Shown here: piece by piece, positions 1-13,205 of the stretch
Layout: each line of letters begins with the position of its first letter
Position numbering within the stretch: position 1 is the first letter of the stretch
From: Escherichia coli
GTDB taxonomy: Bacteria; Pseudomonadota; Gammaproteobacteria; Enterobacterales; Enterobacteriaceae
Strand: one strand, 5' to 3'
Assembly: GCF_024298765.1 (NCBI RefSeq)
Contig: NZ_CP101210.1
DNA: 64,000 nt
The notes under the pieces: generated by a model
Told to the model about the DNA's origin: nothing
Database searches by the model: none
Seen by the model: the letters and a program-made list of their open reading frames with translations, nothing else
Made by a program: the position numbers and the translations under genes

Positions 1-58
1 CTATAGTACGTTGCCATAAGGCCCTCTGAAATTTGTTAATTGGTAGCTAAGCCACAAA

Positions 59-1087
59 ATGGCGCATATTGTAACCCTAAATACCCCATCCAGAGAAGAT
101 TGGTTAACGCAACTTGCCGATGTTGTGACCGATCCTGATGAACTTCTGCGTCTTTTGAATATAGACGCGGACGAAAAACTGTTGGCCGGACGCAGTGCTA
201 AAAAGCTGTTTGCCCTGCGTGTGCCTCGATCATTTATTGAACGCATGGAGAAAGGTAATCCTGATGACCCTCTTTTGCGTCAGGTGCTTACATCGCAAGA
301 GGAGTATATTGTAGCGCCGGGATTCTCCACCGATCCGCTGGAAGAACAGCACAGCGTGGTGCCTGGTTTGTTGCATAAATACCACAACCGAGCGCTATTG
401 CTGGTAAAAGGCGGCTGTGCGGTAAATTGCCGCTATTGCTTCCGCCGCCACTTCCCGTATGCCGAAAATCAGGGCAATAAACGTAACTGGCAGACGGCAC
501 TTGAGTATGTTGCTGCGCATCCGGAACTGGACGAGATGATTTTCTCCGGCGGCGATCCGCTGATGGCGAAAGATCACGAGCTGGACTGGTTGCTCACACA
601 ACTGGAAGCCATCCCGCATATCAAACGTCTGCGGATTCACAGCCGTCTGCCGATTGTGATTCCGGCACGCATCACAGATGCGCTGGTTGAACGTTTTGCT
701 CATTCTACGCTGCAAATCTTGCTGGTGAATCACATCAACCATGCCAATGAGGTAGATGAAACATTCCGCCAGGCGATGGCTAAATTGCGCCGTGTCGGCG
801 TCACCCAGCTTAACCAGAGCGTTCTGTTACGTGGCGTGAACGATAACGCGCAAACGCTGGCAAATTTGAGTAATGCACTGTTTGACGCCGGTGTGATGCC
901 CTATTACCTGCACGTGCTCGATAAAGTGCAGGGCGCGGCGCATTTCGTGGTGAGCGATGATGAAGCACGGCAGATTATGCGTGAGTTGTTGACGTTAGTA
1001 TCGGGATATCTGGTGCCAAAACTGGCGCGCGAAATTGGTGGCGAACCCAGCAAGACTCCGCTGGATCTCCAGCTACGCCAGCAGTAA
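59..1087 (+). CDS. epmB: EF-P beta-lysylation radical-SAM enzyme (lysine 2,3-aminomutase-like)
   Basis: 342-aa ORF with radical-SAM Cys cluster (CAVNCRYC); matches remembered E. coli EpmB/YjeK and the conserved epmB-yjeJ-yjeI-groESL neighbourhood. Confidence 0.9.
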   Translation: MAHIVTLNTPSREDWLTQLADVVTDPDELLRLLNIDADEKLLAGRSAKKLFALRVPRSFIERMEKGNPDDPLLRQVLTSQEEYIVAPGFSTDPLEEQHSVVPGLLHKYHNRALLLVKGGCAVNCRYCFRRHFPYAENQGNKRNWQTALEYVAAHPELDEMIFSGGDPLMAKDHELDWLLTQLEAIPHIKRLRIHSRLPIVIPARITDALVERFAHSTLQILLVNHINHANEVDETFRQAMAKLRRVGVTQLNQSVLLRGVNDNAQTLANLSNALFDAGVMPYYLHVLDKVQGAAHFVVSDDEARQIMRELLTLVSGYLVPKLAREIGGEPSKTPLDLQLRQQ

Positions 1088-1117
1088 CTGATTAAACAGG
1101 GAAGTTAAACATTAAAA

Positions 1118-1228
1118 ATGCCTGATGCGCTACGCTTATCCGGCCTACATCGTGCTTTGAAATTGAATGAATTTTCTATGAACTGTAGGCCAGATAAGGC
1201 GTTTACGCCGCATCCGGCAAGAGCAACG
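1118..1228. repeat. REP/BIME-type extragenic palindromic repeats
   Basis: Two inverted copies of the enterobacterial REP consensus (gcctgatgcgctacgcttatccggcctac ... gtaggccagataaggcgtttacgccgcatccggc) in the epmB-yjeJ intergenic region. Confidence 0.8.
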
Positions 1229-1478
1229 AACACGAGTACAGCAACCTGCATTAAACTGGAAAGTTTAATCTTTGCCCGTTGCATTAGCCTTAAATATTCG
1301 TTTGATATGTTTTTTATTACTTACATAATTAACATCAATAATTATCCATTCTTTTCTGTTTATCTAGAGTGAGCCCCCTAAATTGTGTTATTTTAACAAC
1401 TATTACTACCAAGCCCATTTATCTGGCTTATAAATTAAAATTAATTATTTAATTGAGAAATGGTTAGGGAGAACCTAC

Positions 1479-2348
1479 ATGGCCATAAGCATCAAGGGTG
1501 TTAATACTGGTGTTATTCGCAAGAGTAATAATTTCATTGCGCTGGCGCTGAAAATAAAAGAGCCTCGCAATAAAGAATCGTTGTTCTTCATGTCTGCGAT
1601 GGAACTGCGCGACCTTTTGATAGCACTGGAAAGCCGTCTGTATCACAAGCATAAACTCGACGCTGAGGCTCGTCTTCAGTATGAGCAGGCGCGCGATAAA
1701 GCCATGAAAAAGATGGCAGAAAACATTCCAGAAATACAGATTGAAGAGCTTAAAAATGCCGATATTAATCGCCGAGTTAATATGCTGGAACTTACCGATA
1801 ATCAGGGCGAAAATCTTAGCTTCGTATTAACGTTACATGACGGTAGCAAATGTGAGTTAGTCGTCAATGAGTTGCAGATTGAAATGCTGGCGCGAGCAAT
1901 CATTCATGCAATTAATAATGCGGAAATGCGTGAACTGGCATTACGTATTACCTCACTGTTAGATTTCCTGCCGTTATACGACGTTGACTGCCAGGACAAT
2001 GGCAATCTGGAATATGACACCTATTCCCAACCGGAATGGAAACATAACTTGTTCAACCATTATCTGGCGGTGCTTTACCGCTTTAAAGATGAAAGTGGCA
2101 AAGAACAATTTAGCGGCGCAGTGGTGAAAACACGTGAAGCAACGCCGGGTAAAGAAGTGGAGGCGATCACTCGCCGAATGCTTGATTTCAGCCCACGACT
2201 GAAAAAACTTGCGGGTGTACCATGTCAGGTCTATGTTCGCACCGTAGCGGCAAATAACGCCCAACCGCTAACCCAGGATCAATGCTTACGCGCGCTGCAT
2301 CACTTACGTGTTCAATCCACCAGCAAAACTGCACCACAGGCGAAATAA
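1479..2348 (+). CDS. yjeJ: conserved protein YjeJ
   Basis: 289-aa ORF; position between epmB and groL locus matches K-12 synteny; length matches remembered YjeJ. Confidence 0.75.
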   Translation: MAISIKGVNTGVIRKSNNFIALALKIKEPRNKESLFFMSAMELRDLLIALESRLYHKHKLDAEARLQYEQARDKAMKKMAENIPEIQIEELKNADINRRVNMLELTDNQGENLSFVLTLHDGSKCELVVNELQIEMLARAIIHAINNAEMRELALRITSLLDFLPLYDVDCQDNGNLEYDTYSQPEWKHNLFNHYLAVLYRFKDESGKEQFSGAVVKTREATPGKEVEAITRRMLDFSPRLKKLAGVPCQVYVRTVAANNAQPLTQDQCLRALHHLRVQSTSKTAPQAK

Positions 2349-2397
2349 TCCCATCTGTTTTACTACGAGGCTGGAAGTATCCAGCCTCTGGATCACA

Positions 2398-2751
2398 TCA
2401 GTTCGGGCACTTATATACCTGGCCGATAATCTGGCTATCCGTCGGGACAAAACTGGACAACATTCCCTGCGACGGGCTGCTGATGCCATAAATCACGTTA
2501 CCGCCCATTGCAGCCGCCTGGTTGCGCAGATCATTTGCTGCGCCGCGCATAGAACCGCCCTCTTCACCGTGTTGCCCGGAAAGCCAGTTGCTTTGCTTAC
2601 CTGTCGCAGTACCAATCAGCTGGCACTCTGCGCCTGGCTGCTCGTCCACAATGCGTACACTCTGACCGGCAGCACTCAATTCGTTGCTGGAGCTACAACC
2701 CGCCATCAGTAGCGCGGCACCGACAATCCCTGCTAAGTATTTTACGTGCAT
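2398..2751 (-). CDS. yjeI: lipoprotein YjeI (DUF4156-like)
   Basis: ORF 2398..2784; likely start at internal Met giving lipoprotein signal peptide MHVKYLAGIVGAALLMAGC (lipobox LMAGC); synteny downstream of groL. Confidence 0.75.
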   Translation of the reverse strand: MHVKYLAGIVGAALLMAGCSSSNELSAAGQSVRIVDEQPGAECQLIGTATGKQSNWLSGQHGEEGGSMRGAANDLRNQAAAMGGNVIYGISSPSQGMLSSFVPTDSQIIGQVYKCPN

Positions 2752-2830
2752 GTTATTCCCCATAATCAATGAGCTGGACGCCACTCGCGTCGTCCGTGTC
2801 TGAATCTTATACTAGAAAGATGACCAAAAG

Positions 2831-2870
2831 AAAAACCCCCAGACATTTCTGCCCGGGGGTTTGTTTATTT
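2831..2870 (-). terminator. rho-independent terminator downstream of groL (hairpin usable in both orientations)
   Basis: GC-rich inverted repeat ccccc...ggggg flanked by A-run and T-run immediately 3-prime of groL stop. Confidence 0.65.
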
Positions 2871-2888
2871 CTGCGAGGTGCAGGGCAA

Positions 2889-4547
<1,659 letters not shown>

Positions 4548-4578
4548 TTAAATTCGTATGTTCAGTGTCGTGCGCGGA

Positions 4579-4923
<345 letters not shown>

Positions 4924-4929
4924 TTACGT

Positions 4930-4995
4930 GGTTTCCCGGCTGGTGACCAGAGAAATGGGGATGAGGCTTCGCCCCTTCAAGGGGGAAAAAGAAAA
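4930..4995 (-). promoter_or_regulatory. groESL heat-shock (sigma-32) promoter region
   Basis: Reverse complement reads tttcccccttgaaggggcgaagcctcatccccatttctc, matching the remembered sigma-32 -35 (CCCTTGAA) and -10 (CCCCATTT) elements of the E. coli groE promoter. Confidence 0.7.
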
Positions 4996-5147
4996 AAAAT
5001 TCTGATCAGCACAAAATCGGGTGAAAACCCTGATTCACCTCACATTTCATCGCTATTTCTTCATCACCGTCATAAGCGAATCTGATTGTGCTACCATCGA
5101 AAATCTACGCAGTTGCCCAAAATTTGGGCGCAATCGGACATCAACCC

Positions 5148-6404
5148 ATGAGTGGACTCAAACAAGAACTGGGGCTGGCCCAGGGCATCGGCCTGCTATC
5201 GACGTCATTATTAGGCACCGGCGTGTTTGCCGTTCCTGCGTTAGCTGCACTGGTAGCAGGCAATAACAGCCTGTGGGCGTGGCCCGTTTTGATTATCTTA
5301 GTGTTCCCGATTGCGATTGTGTTTGCGATTCTGGGTCGCCACTATCCCAGCGCAGGCGGTGTCGCGCACTTCGTCGGTATGGCGTTTGGTTCACGGCTTG
5401 AGCGAGTCACCGGCTGGCTGTTTTTATCGGTCATTCCCGTGGGTTTGCCTGCCGCACTACAAATTGCAGCCGGATTCGGCCAGGCAATGTTTGGCTGGAA
5501 TAGCTGGCAACTGTTGTTGGCAGAACTCGGTACGCTGGCGTTGGTGTGGTATATCGGTACTCGCGGTGCCAGTTCCAGTGCTAATCTACAAACCGTTATT
5601 GCCGGACTTATCGTCGCGCTGATTGTCGCTATCTGGTGGGCGGGCGATATCAAACCTGCGAATATCCCCTTCCCTGCGCCAGGAAATATCGAACTTACCG
5701 GGTTATTTGCTGCGTTATCAGTGATGTTCTGGTGTTTTGTCGGTCTGGAAGCATTTGCCCATCTTGCCTCGGAATTTAAAAATCCAGAGCGTGATTTTCC
5801 TCGTGCTTTGATGATTGGTCTGCTGCTGGCAGGATTAGTCTACTGGGGCTGTACGGTAGTCGTCTTACACTTCGACGCCTATGGTGAACAAATGGCCGCG
5901 GCAGCATCGCTTCCAAAAATTGTAGTGCTGTTGTTCGGTGTAGGAGCGTTATGGATTGCCTGCGTGATTGGCTATCTGGCCTGCTTTGCCAGTCTCAACA
6001 TTTATATACAGAGCTTCGCCCGCCTGGTCTGGTCGCAGGCGCAACATAATCCTGACCACTACCTGGCACGCCTCTCTTCTCGCCATATCCCGAATAATGC
6101 CCTCAATGCGGTGCTCGGCTGCTGCGTGGTGAGCACGTTGGTGATTCATGCTTTAGGGATCAATCTGGACGCACTTATCATCTATGCCAATGGCATCTTT
6201 ATTATGATTTATCTGTTATGCATGCTGGCAGGCTGTAAATTATTGCAAGGACGTTATCGACTACTGGCGGTGGTTGGCGGGCTGTTATGCGTTCTGTTAC
6301 TGGCAATGGTCGGCTGGAAAAGTCTCTATGCGCTAATCATGCTGGCGGGGTTATGGCTGTTTCTGCCAAAACGAAAAACGCCGGAAAATGGCATAACCAC
6401 ATAA
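5148..6404 (+). CDS. yjeH: APC-family amino-acid (methionine/branched-chain) exporter YjeH
   Basis: Multi-pass membrane ORF (track 5088..6404); start chosen at MSGLKQELGL to give a 418-aa product as in K-12 YjeH; synteny next to groS. Confidence 0.8.
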   Translation: MSGLKQELGLAQGIGLLSTSLLGTGVFAVPALAALVAGNNSLWAWPVLIILVFPIAIVFAILGRHYPSAGGVAHFVGMAFGSRLERVTGWLFLSVIPVGLPAALQIAAGFGQAMFGWNSWQLLLAELGTLALVWYIGTRGASSSANLQTVIAGLIVALIVAIWWAGDIKPANIPFPAPGNIELTGLFAALSVMFWCFVGLEAFAHLASEFKNPERDFPRALMIGLLLAGLVYWGCTVVVLHFDAYGEQMAAAASLPKIVVLLFGVGALWIACVIGYLACFASLNIYIQSFARLVWSQAQHNPDHYLARLSSRHIPNNALNAVLGCCVVSTLVIHALGINLDALIIYANGIFIMIYLLCMLAGCKLLQGRYRLLAVVGGLLCVLLLAMVGWKSLYALIMLAGLWLFLPKRKTPENGITT

Positions 6405-6419
6405 TCCGGCGTTTCGGCA

Positions 6420-6896
6420 TTAATCCTGGCGATCGTCTTTATGATCAAGGCGGTCGTGGTCATCATCCTTTCGCTGGTACTCACCATCAAAAGTATTACC
6501 GCCACCGGTCCCGGCGCTAAAACCGCCGCCTGGCATGCGAGAAAAGCGCAAATGCGGCATCAACTTCACTGTCAGATGCTTTTGCACCGGCGGCAATAAA
6601 AGCAGAAGACCGAGGAAGTCGGTGAAAAAGCCCGGTAATAAAAGCAGCAAACCGGCAATGATCAGCGAAACACTTTTAATCATCTCCGCCGCTGGGTTTT
6701 CACCCGCCGCCATTTTTTGCTGCATCAGCACGAAATTCTTAAAGCCCTGGTTGCGTACCAGTGACATACCGATAACTGACGTGAATATAACCAGCACGAG
6801 GGTCAGCAATACCCCCAATACATGGGCAACCTGAATAAAGATTGAAATCTCAATATAGACATAAAGGAAAATGGCAATAAAAGGTAACCAGCGCAA
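6420..6896 (-). CDS. fxsA: inner-membrane protein FxsA
   Basis: 158-aa ORF with N-terminal TM helices and acidic C-terminal tail (KDDDHDRLDHKDDRQD); located between yjeH and aspA as in K-12. Confidence 0.85.
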   Translation of the reverse strand: MRWLPFIAIFLYVYIEISIFIQVAHVLGVLLTLVLVIFTSVIGMSLVRNQGFKNFVLMQQKMAAGENPAAEMIKSVSLIIAGLLLLLPGFFTDFLGLLLLLPPVQKHLTVKLMPHLRFSRMPGGGFSAGTGGGNTFDGEYQRKDDDHDRLDHKDDRQD

Positions 6897-7232
6897 AGGT
6901 TTCTCCTGTAATAGCAGCCGGTTAACCCCGGCTACCTGAATGGGTTGCGAATCGCGTTCAGCTTATATTGTGGTCATTAGCAAAATTTCAAGATGTTTGC
7001 GCAACTATTTTTGGTAGTAATCCCAAAGCGGTGATCTATTTCACAAATTAATAATTAAGGGGTAAAAACCGGCACTTAAAGTGATCCAGATTACGGTAGA
7101 AATCCTCAAGCAGCATATGATCTCGGGTATTCGGTCGATGCAGGGGATAATCGTCGGTCGAAAAACATTCGAAACCACATATATTCTGTGTGTTTAAAGC
7201 AAATCATTGGCAGCTTGAAAAAGAAGGTTCAC

Positions 7233-8669
7233 ATGTCAAACAACATTCGTATCGAAGAAGATCTGTTGGGTACCAGGGAAGTTCCAGCTGATGCCTACTA
7301 TGGTGTTCACACTCTGAGAGCGATTGAAAACTTCTATATCAGCAACAACAAAATCAGTGATATTCCTGAATTTGTTCGCGGTATGGTAATGGTTAAAAAA
7401 GCCGCAGCTATGGCAAACAAAGAGCTGCAAACCATTCCTAAAAGTGTAGCGAATGCCATCATTGCCGCATGTGATGAAGTCCTGAACAACGGAAAATGCA
7501 TGGATCAGTTCCCGGTAGACGTCTACCAGGGCGGCGCAGGTACTTCCGTAAACATGAACACCAACGAAGTGCTGGCCAATATCGGTCTGGAACTGATGGG
7601 TCACCAGAAAGGTGAATATCAGTACCTGAACCCGAACGACCATGTTAACAAATGTCAGTCCACTAACGACGCCTACCCGACCGGTTTCCGTATCGCAGTT
7701 TACTCTTCCCTGATTAAGCTGGTAGATGCGATTAACCAACTGCGTGAAGGCTTTGAACGTAAAGCTGTCGAATTCCAGGACATCCTGAAAATGGGTCGTA
7801 CCCAGCTGCAGGACGCAGTACCGATGACCCTCGGTCAGGAATTCCGCGCTTTCAGCATCCTGCTGAAAGAAGAAGTGAAAAACATCCAACGTACCGCTGA
7901 ACTGCTGCTGGAAGTTAACCTTGGCGCAACAGCAATCGGTACTGGTCTGAACACGCCGAAAGAGTACTCTCCGCTGGCAGTGAAAAAACTGGCTGAAGTC
8001 ACTGGCTTCCCATGCGTACCGGCTGAAGACCTGATCGAAGCGACCTCTGACTGCGGCGCTTATGTTATGGTTCACGGCGCGCTGAAACGCCTGGCTGTGA
8101 AGATGTCCAAAATCTGTAACGACCTGCGCTTGCTCTCTTCTGGTCCACGTGCCGGCCTGAACGAGATCAACCTGCCGGAACTGCAGGCGGGCTCTTCCAT
8201 CATGCCAGCTAAAGTAAACCCGGTTGTCCCGGAAGTGGTTAACCAGGTATGCTTCAAAGTCATCGGTAACGACACCACTGTTACCATGGCAGCAGAAGCA
8301 GGTCAGCTGCAGTTGAACGTTATGGAGCCGGTCATTGGCCAGGCCATGTTCGAATCCGTTCACATTCTGACCAACGCTTGCTACAACCTGCTGGAAAAAT
8401 GCATTAACGGCATCACTGCTAACAAAGAAGTGTGCGAAGGTTACGTTTACAACTCTATCGGTATCGTTACTTACCTGAACCCGTTCATCGGTCACCACAA
8501 CGGTGACATCGTGGGTAAAATCTGTGCCGAAACCGGTAAGAGTGTACGTGAAGTCGTTCTGGAACGCGGCCTGTTGACTGAAGCGGAACTTGACGATATT
8601 TTCTCCGTACAGAATCTGATGCACCCGGCTTACAAAGCAAAACGCTATACTGATGAAAGCGAACAGTAA
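7233..8669 (+). CDS. aspA: aspartate ammonia-lyase (aspartase)
   Basis: ORF track 7188..8669; start at [30 protein letters not shown] gives 478 aa; fumarase/aspartase signature [12 protein letters not shown] present. Confidence 0.97.
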
Positions 8670-8692
8670 TCGTACAGGGTAGTACAAATAAA

Positions 8693-8722
8693 GAAGGCAC
8701 GTCAGATGACGTGCCTTTTTTC
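8693..8722 (+). terminator. rho-independent terminator after aspA
   Basis: Hairpin ggcacgtcagatgacgtgcc followed by ttttttc. Confidence 0.7.
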
Positions 8723-8786
8723 TTGTGAGCAGTAACTTAAAAATAACAATCTAATATCAACTTGTTAAAAAACAAGGAAGGCTAAT

Positions 8787-10088
8787 ATGCTAGTTGTAGA
8801 ACTCATCATAGTTTTGCTGGCGATCTTCTTGGGCGCCAGATTGGGGGGAATAGGTATTGGTTTTGCAGGCGGATTGGGGGTGCTGGTTCTTGCCGCTATT
8901 GGCGTTAAACCCGGTAACATCCCGTTCGATGTCATTTCCATTATCATGGCGGTTATCGCCGCTATTTCTGCCATGCAGGTTGCTGGCGGTCTGGACTATC
9001 TGGTTCATCAGACAGAAAAGCTGCTGCGCCGTAACCCGAAATACATCACGATCCTCGCACCGATCGTGACCTATTTCCTGACTATCTTTGCTGGTACTGG
9101 CAACATCTCTCTGGCGACACTGCCAGTTATCGCTGAAGTTGCGAAGGAACAAGGCGTTAAACCTTGCCGTCCGCTGTCTACTGCAGTGGTATCCGCGCAG
9201 ATTGCGATCACCGCATCGCCAATCTCAGCAGCAGTGGTTTACATGTCTTCCGTGATGGAAGGTCATGGCATCAGCTACCTCCATCTGCTCTCCGTGGTCA
9301 TCCCGTCCACCCTGCTGGCGGTTCTGGTGATGTCCTTCCTGGTCACTATGCTGTTCAACTCCAAACTCTCTGACGATCCGATTTATCGCAAGCGTCTGGA
9401 AGAGGGCCTGGTTGAACTGCGCGGTGAAAAGCAGATTGAAATCAAATCCGGTGCAAAAACGTCCGTCTGGCTATTCCTGCTGGGCGTAGTTGGCGTGGTT
9501 ATCTATGCAATCATCAACAGCCCAAGCATGGGTCTGGTTGAAAAACCGCTGATGAACACCACCAACGCAATCCTGATCATCATGCTCAGCGTTGCAACTC
9601 TGACCACCGTTATCTGTAAAGTCGATACCGACAACATCCTCAACTCCAGCACCTTCAAAGCAGGTATGAGCGCCTGTATTTGTATCCTGGGTGTTGCGTG
9701 GCTGGGCGATACTTTCGTTTCCAACAACATCGACTGGATCAAAGATACCGCTGGTGAAGTGATTCAGGGTCATCCGTGGCTGCTGGCCGTCATCTTCTTC
9801 TTTGCTTCTGCTCTGCTGTACTCTCAGGCTGCAACCGCAAAAGCACTGATGCCGATGGCTCTGGCACTGAACGTTTCTCCTCTGACCGCTGTTGCTTCTT
9901 TCGCTGCGGTGTCTGGTCTGTTCATTCTGCCGACCTACCCGACGCTGGTTGCTGCGGTACAGATGGATGACACGGGTACTACCCGTATCGGTAAATTCGT
10001 CTTCAACCATCCGTTCTTCATCCCGGGTACTCTGGGTGTTGCCCTGGCCGTTTGCTTCGGCTTCGTGCTGGGTAGCTTCATGCTGTAA
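8787..10088 (+). CDS. dcuA: anaerobic C4-dicarboxylate transporter DcuA
   Basis: 433-aa polytopic membrane ORF immediately downstream of aspA (aspA-dcuA operon arrangement). Confidence 0.95.
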   Translation: MLVVELIIVLLAIFLGARLGGIGIGFAGGLGVLVLAAIGVKPGNIPFDVISIIMAVIAAISAMQVAGGLDYLVHQTEKLLRRNPKYITILAPIVTYFLTIFAGTGNISLATLPVIAEVAKEQGVKPCRPLSTAVVSAQIAITASPISAAVVYMSSVMEGHGISYLHLLSVVIPSTLLAVLVMSFLVTMLFNSKLSDDPIYRKRLEEGLVELRGEKQIEIKSGAKTSVWLFLLGVVGVVIYAIINSPSMGLVEKPLMNTTNAILIIMLSVATLTTVICKVDTDNILNSSTFKAGMSACICILGVAWLGDTFVSNNIDWIKDTAGEVIQGHPWLLAVIFFFASALLYSQAATAKALMPMALALNVSPLTAVASFAAVSGLFILPTYPTLVAAVQMDDTGTTRIGKFVFNHPFFIPGTLGVALAVCFGFVLGSFML

Positions 10089-10094
10089 TGACCA

Positions 10095-10123
10095 ATCGCG
10101 GGGCTTCAGGCCCCGCTTTCTTT
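10095..10123 (+). terminator. rho-independent terminator after dcuA
   Basis: Hairpin gcggggcttcaggccccgc followed by tttcttt. Confidence 0.7.
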
Positions 10124-10202
10124 CCCGCCGACTAACATCCTTCCCCCGTCCGTTGTATAGTGACCTCTCTCTTGCGGTTCCATCTGTTCTTGCGAGGTGT
10201 TT

Positions 10203-10541
10203 ATGCTTGATGAAAAAAGTTCGAATACCGCGTCTGTCGTGGTGCTATGTACGGCACCGGATGAAGCGACAGCCCAGGATTTAGCCGCCAAAGTGCTGGC
10301 GGAAAAACTGGCGGCCTGCGCGACCTTGATCCCCGGCGCTACCTCTCTCTATTACTGGGAAGGTAAGCTGGAGCAAGAATACGAAGTGCAGATGATTTTA
10401 AAAACTACCGTATCTCTCCAGCAGGCACTGCTGGAATGCCTGAAGTCTCATCATCCATATCAAACCCCGGAACTTCTGGTTTTACCTGTTACACACGGAG
10501 ACACAGATTACCTCTCATGGCTCAACGCATCTTTACGCTGA
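10203..10541 (+). CDS. cutA: divalent-cation tolerance protein CutA
   Basis: ORF track 10197..10541 (GTG); ATG at 10203 gives 112 aa [55 protein letters not shown]; precedes dsbD. Confidence 0.9.
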   Translation: MLDEKSSNTASVVVLCTAPDEATAQDLAAKVLAEKLAACATLIPGATSLYYWEGKLEQEYEVQMILKTTVSLQQALLECLKSHHPYQTPELLVLPVTHGDTDYLSWLNASLR

Positions 10542-12214
10542 TCCTGCTACTTTGCAGCACTTCCGTTTTTGCCGGATTATTCGACGCGCCGGGACGTTCA
10601 CAATTTGTCCCCGCGGATCAAGCCTTTGCTTTTGATTTTCAGCAAAATCAACATGATCTGAATCTGACCTGGCAGATCAAAGACGGTTACTACCTCTACC
10701 GTAAACAGATCCGCATTACGCCGGAACACGCGAAAATTGCTGACGTGCAGCTGCCGCAAGGCGTCTGGCATGAAGATGAGTTTTACGGCAAAAGCGAGAT
10801 TTACCGCGATCGGCTGACGCTTCCCGTAACCATCAACCAGGCGAGTGCGGGAGCAACGTTAACTGTCACCTACCAGGGCTGTGCTGATGCCGGTTTCTGT
10901 TATCCGCCAGAAACCAAAACCGTTCCGTTAAGCGAAGTGGTCGCCAACAACGAAGCGTCACAGCCTGTGTCTGTTCCGCAGCAAGAGCAGCCCACCGCGC
11001 AATTGCCCTTTTCCGCGCTCTGGGCGTTGTTGATCGGTATTGGTATCGCCTTTACGCCATGCGTGCTGCCAATGTACCCACTGATTTCTGGCATCGTGCT
11101 GGGCGGTAAACAGCGGCTTTCCACTGCCAGAGCATTGTTGCTGACCTTTATTTATGTGCAGGGGATGGCGCTGACTTACACGGCGCTGGGTCTGGTGGTT
11201 GCCGCCGCAGGGTTACAGTTCCAGGCGGCGCTACAGCACCCATACGTGCTCATTGGCCTCGCCATCGTCTTTACCTTGCTGGCGATGTCAATGTTTGGCT
11301 TGTTTACTCTGCAACTCCCCTCTTCGCTGCAAACACGTCTCACGCTGATGAGCAATCGCCAACAGGGCGGCTCACCTGGCGGTGTGTTTATTATGGGGGC
11401 GATTGCCGGACTGATCTGTTCACCATGCACCACTGCACCGCTTAGCGCGATTCTGTTGTATATCGCCCAAAGCGGGAACATGTGGCTGGGGGGCGGCACG
11501 CTTTATCTCTATGCGTTGGGCATGGGCCTGCCGCTGATGCTAATAACCGTCTTTGGTAACCGCCTGCTGCCGAAAAGCGGCCCGTGGATGGAACAAGTCA
11601 AAACCGCGTTTGGTTTTGTGATCCTCGCACTGCCGGTCTTCCTGCTGGAGCGAGTGATTGGCGATATATGGGGATTACGCTTGTGGTCGGCGCTTGGTGT
11701 CGCATTCTTTGGCTGGGCCTTTATCACCAGCCTACAGGCCAAACGCGGCTGGATGCGCGTAGTGCAAATAATCCTGCTGGCAGCGGCATTGGTTAGCGTG
11801 CGCCCACTTCAGGATTGGGCATTTGGTGCGACGCATACCGCGCAAACTCAGACGCATCTCAACTTTACACAAATCAAAACGGTAGATGAGTTAAATCAGG
11901 CGCTCGTTGAAGCCAAAGGCAAACCAGTGATGTTAGATCTCTATGCCGACTGGTGCGTCGCCTGTAAAGAGTTTGAGAAATACACCTTCAGCGACCCGCA
12001 GGTGCAAAAAGCGTTAGCAGACACGGTCTTACTTCAGGCCAACGTCACTGTCAACGACGCACAAGATGTGGCGCTGTTAAAGCATCTTAATGTCCTTGGC
12101 CTACCGACAATTCTCTTTTTTGACGGACAAGGCCAGGAGCATCCACAAGCACGCGTCACGGGCTTTATGGATGCTGAAACCTTCAGCGCACATTTGCGCG
12201 ATCGCCAACCGTGA
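10517..12214 (+). CDS. dsbD: thiol:disulfide interchange protein DsbD (DipZ)
   Basis: ORF track 10436..12214; start at [19 protein letters not shown] (signal peptide) gives 565 aa; central TM domain with CxxC pairs and C-terminal thioredoxin fold (WCVACK). Confidence 0.95.
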   Translation: MAQRIFTLILLLCSTSVFAGLFDAPGRSQFVPADQAFAFDFQQNQHDLNLTWQIKDGYYLYRKQIRITPEHAKIADVQLPQGVWHEDEFYGKSEIYRDRLTLPVTINQASAGATLTVTYQGCADAGFCYPPETKTVPLSEVVANNEASQPVSVPQQEQPTAQLPFSALWALLIGIGIAFTPCVLPMYPLISGIVLGGKQRLSTARALLLTFIYVQGMALTYTALGLVVAAAGLQFQAALQHPYVLIGLAIVFTLLAMSMFGLFTLQLPSSLQTRLTLMSNRQQGGSPGGVFIMGAIAGLICSPCTTAPLSAILLYIAQSGNMWLGGGTLYLYALGMGLPLMLITVFGNRLLPKSGPWMEQVKTAFGFVILALPVFLLERVIGDIWGLRLWSALGVAFFGWAFITSLQAKRGWMRVVQIILLAAALVSVRPLQDWAFGATHTAQTQTHLNFTQIKTVDELNQALVEAKGKPVMLDLYADWCVACKEFEKYTFSDPQVQKALADTVLLQANVTVNDAQDVALLKHLNVLGLPTILFFDGQGQEHPQARVTGFMDAETFSAHLRDRQP

Positions 12215-12250
12215 ACGACACTTGCAGTGGGAAAGACGGAGGAAAATAGC

Positions 12251-12826
12251 GTGCAACGTGAAGATGTACTGGGAGAAGCCCTGAAATTATTAGAATTACA
12301 AGGGATTGCCAACACCACGCTGGAGATGGTTGCTGAACGTGTGGATTATCCACTGGACGAGCTACGCCGCTTCTGGCCAGACAAAGAGGCAATCCTCTAC
12401 GATGCGCTGCGTTATCTTAGCCAACAGATAGATGTCTGGCGTCGTCAGCTGATGCTGGACGAAACGCAAACCGCCGAACAAAAGTTGCTGGCACGTTATC
12501 AGGCGTTATCGGAGTGCGTTAAAAACAACCGCTATCCGGGCTGTCTGTTTATCGCTGCCTGTACGTTTTATCCCGATCCTGGCCACCCTATTCATCAACT
12601 GGCCGATCAGCAAAAAAGCGCGGCCTACGATTTCACCCACGAACTGTTAACCACGCTGGAAGTTGACGATCCGGCGATGGTAGCAAAGCAGATGGAACTG
12701 GTGCTGGAAGGCTGTTTAAGCCGAATGCTGGTGAATCGTAGCCACGCGGATGTCGACACCGCACATCGGCTGGCAGAAGATATCCTGCGCTTCGCTCGCT
12801 GCCGCCAGGGTGGCGCACTGACCTGA
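12251..12826 (+). CDS. yjdC: TetR-family transcriptional regulator YjdC
   Basis: ORF track 12227..12826; GTG at 12251 gives 191 aa starting (M)[30 protein letters not shown] (TetR HTH); synteny dsbD-yjdC-pheU. Confidence 0.8.
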   Translation: MQREDVLGEALKLLELQGIANTTLEMVAERVDYPLDELRRFWPDKEAILYDALRYLSQQIDVWRRQLMLDETQTAEQKLLARYQALSECVKNNRYPGCLFIAACTFYPDPGHPIHQLADQQKSAAYDFTHELLTTLEVDDPAMVAKQMELVLEGCLSRMLVNRSHADVDTAHRLAEDILRFARCRQGGALT

Positions 12827-12932
12827 CAGAAACACAGAAAAGAAGCGATTTGCCGCAATCTTAAGCAGTTGAATCGCTTTTACTGAAATTAGGTTGACGA
12901 GATGTGCAGATTACGGTTTAATGCGCCCCGTT

Positions 12933-13008
12933 GCCCGGATAGCTCAGTCGGTAGAGCAGGGGATTGAAAATCCCCGTGTCCTTGGTTCGATTCCGAGTCC
13001 GGGCACCA
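12933..13008 (+). tRNA. pheU: tRNA-Phe (anticodon GAA)
   Basis: 76-nt sequence GCCCGGATAGCTCAGTCGGTAGAGCAGGGGATTGAAAATCCCCGTGTCCTTGGTTCGATTCCGAGTCCGGGCACCA; anticodon loop ATTGAAAAT; identical to remembered E. coli tRNA-Phe; pheU assignment from yjdC neighbourhood. Confidence 0.97.
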
Positions 13009-13020
13009 AATTCATATAAA

Positions 13021-13050
13021 CGGACCTCCACGGAGGTCCGTTTTTCGTTT
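13021..13050 (+). terminator. rho-independent terminator of pheU
   Basis: Perfect hairpin cggacctccacggaggtccg followed by tttttcgtttt. Confidence 0.85.
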
Positions 13051-13205
13051 TAGGACGCCACGATTTAAGCGTCCTGCCGCCAAATCAATTCTACCGAACT
13101 CAACCAGACTCCCCCCACATCAACCCCATTGTGTGGGTATAATTGCGGGTATACCCCAGTTCGACAGAATTTGTACCCTCTTTAACGCATTCAGAAGGCT
13201 GAACT

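Noticed and set aside
7236-8687. 483-aa minus-strand ORF
   Set aside because: Antisense to aspA; low-complexity translation; aspA assignment is secure.
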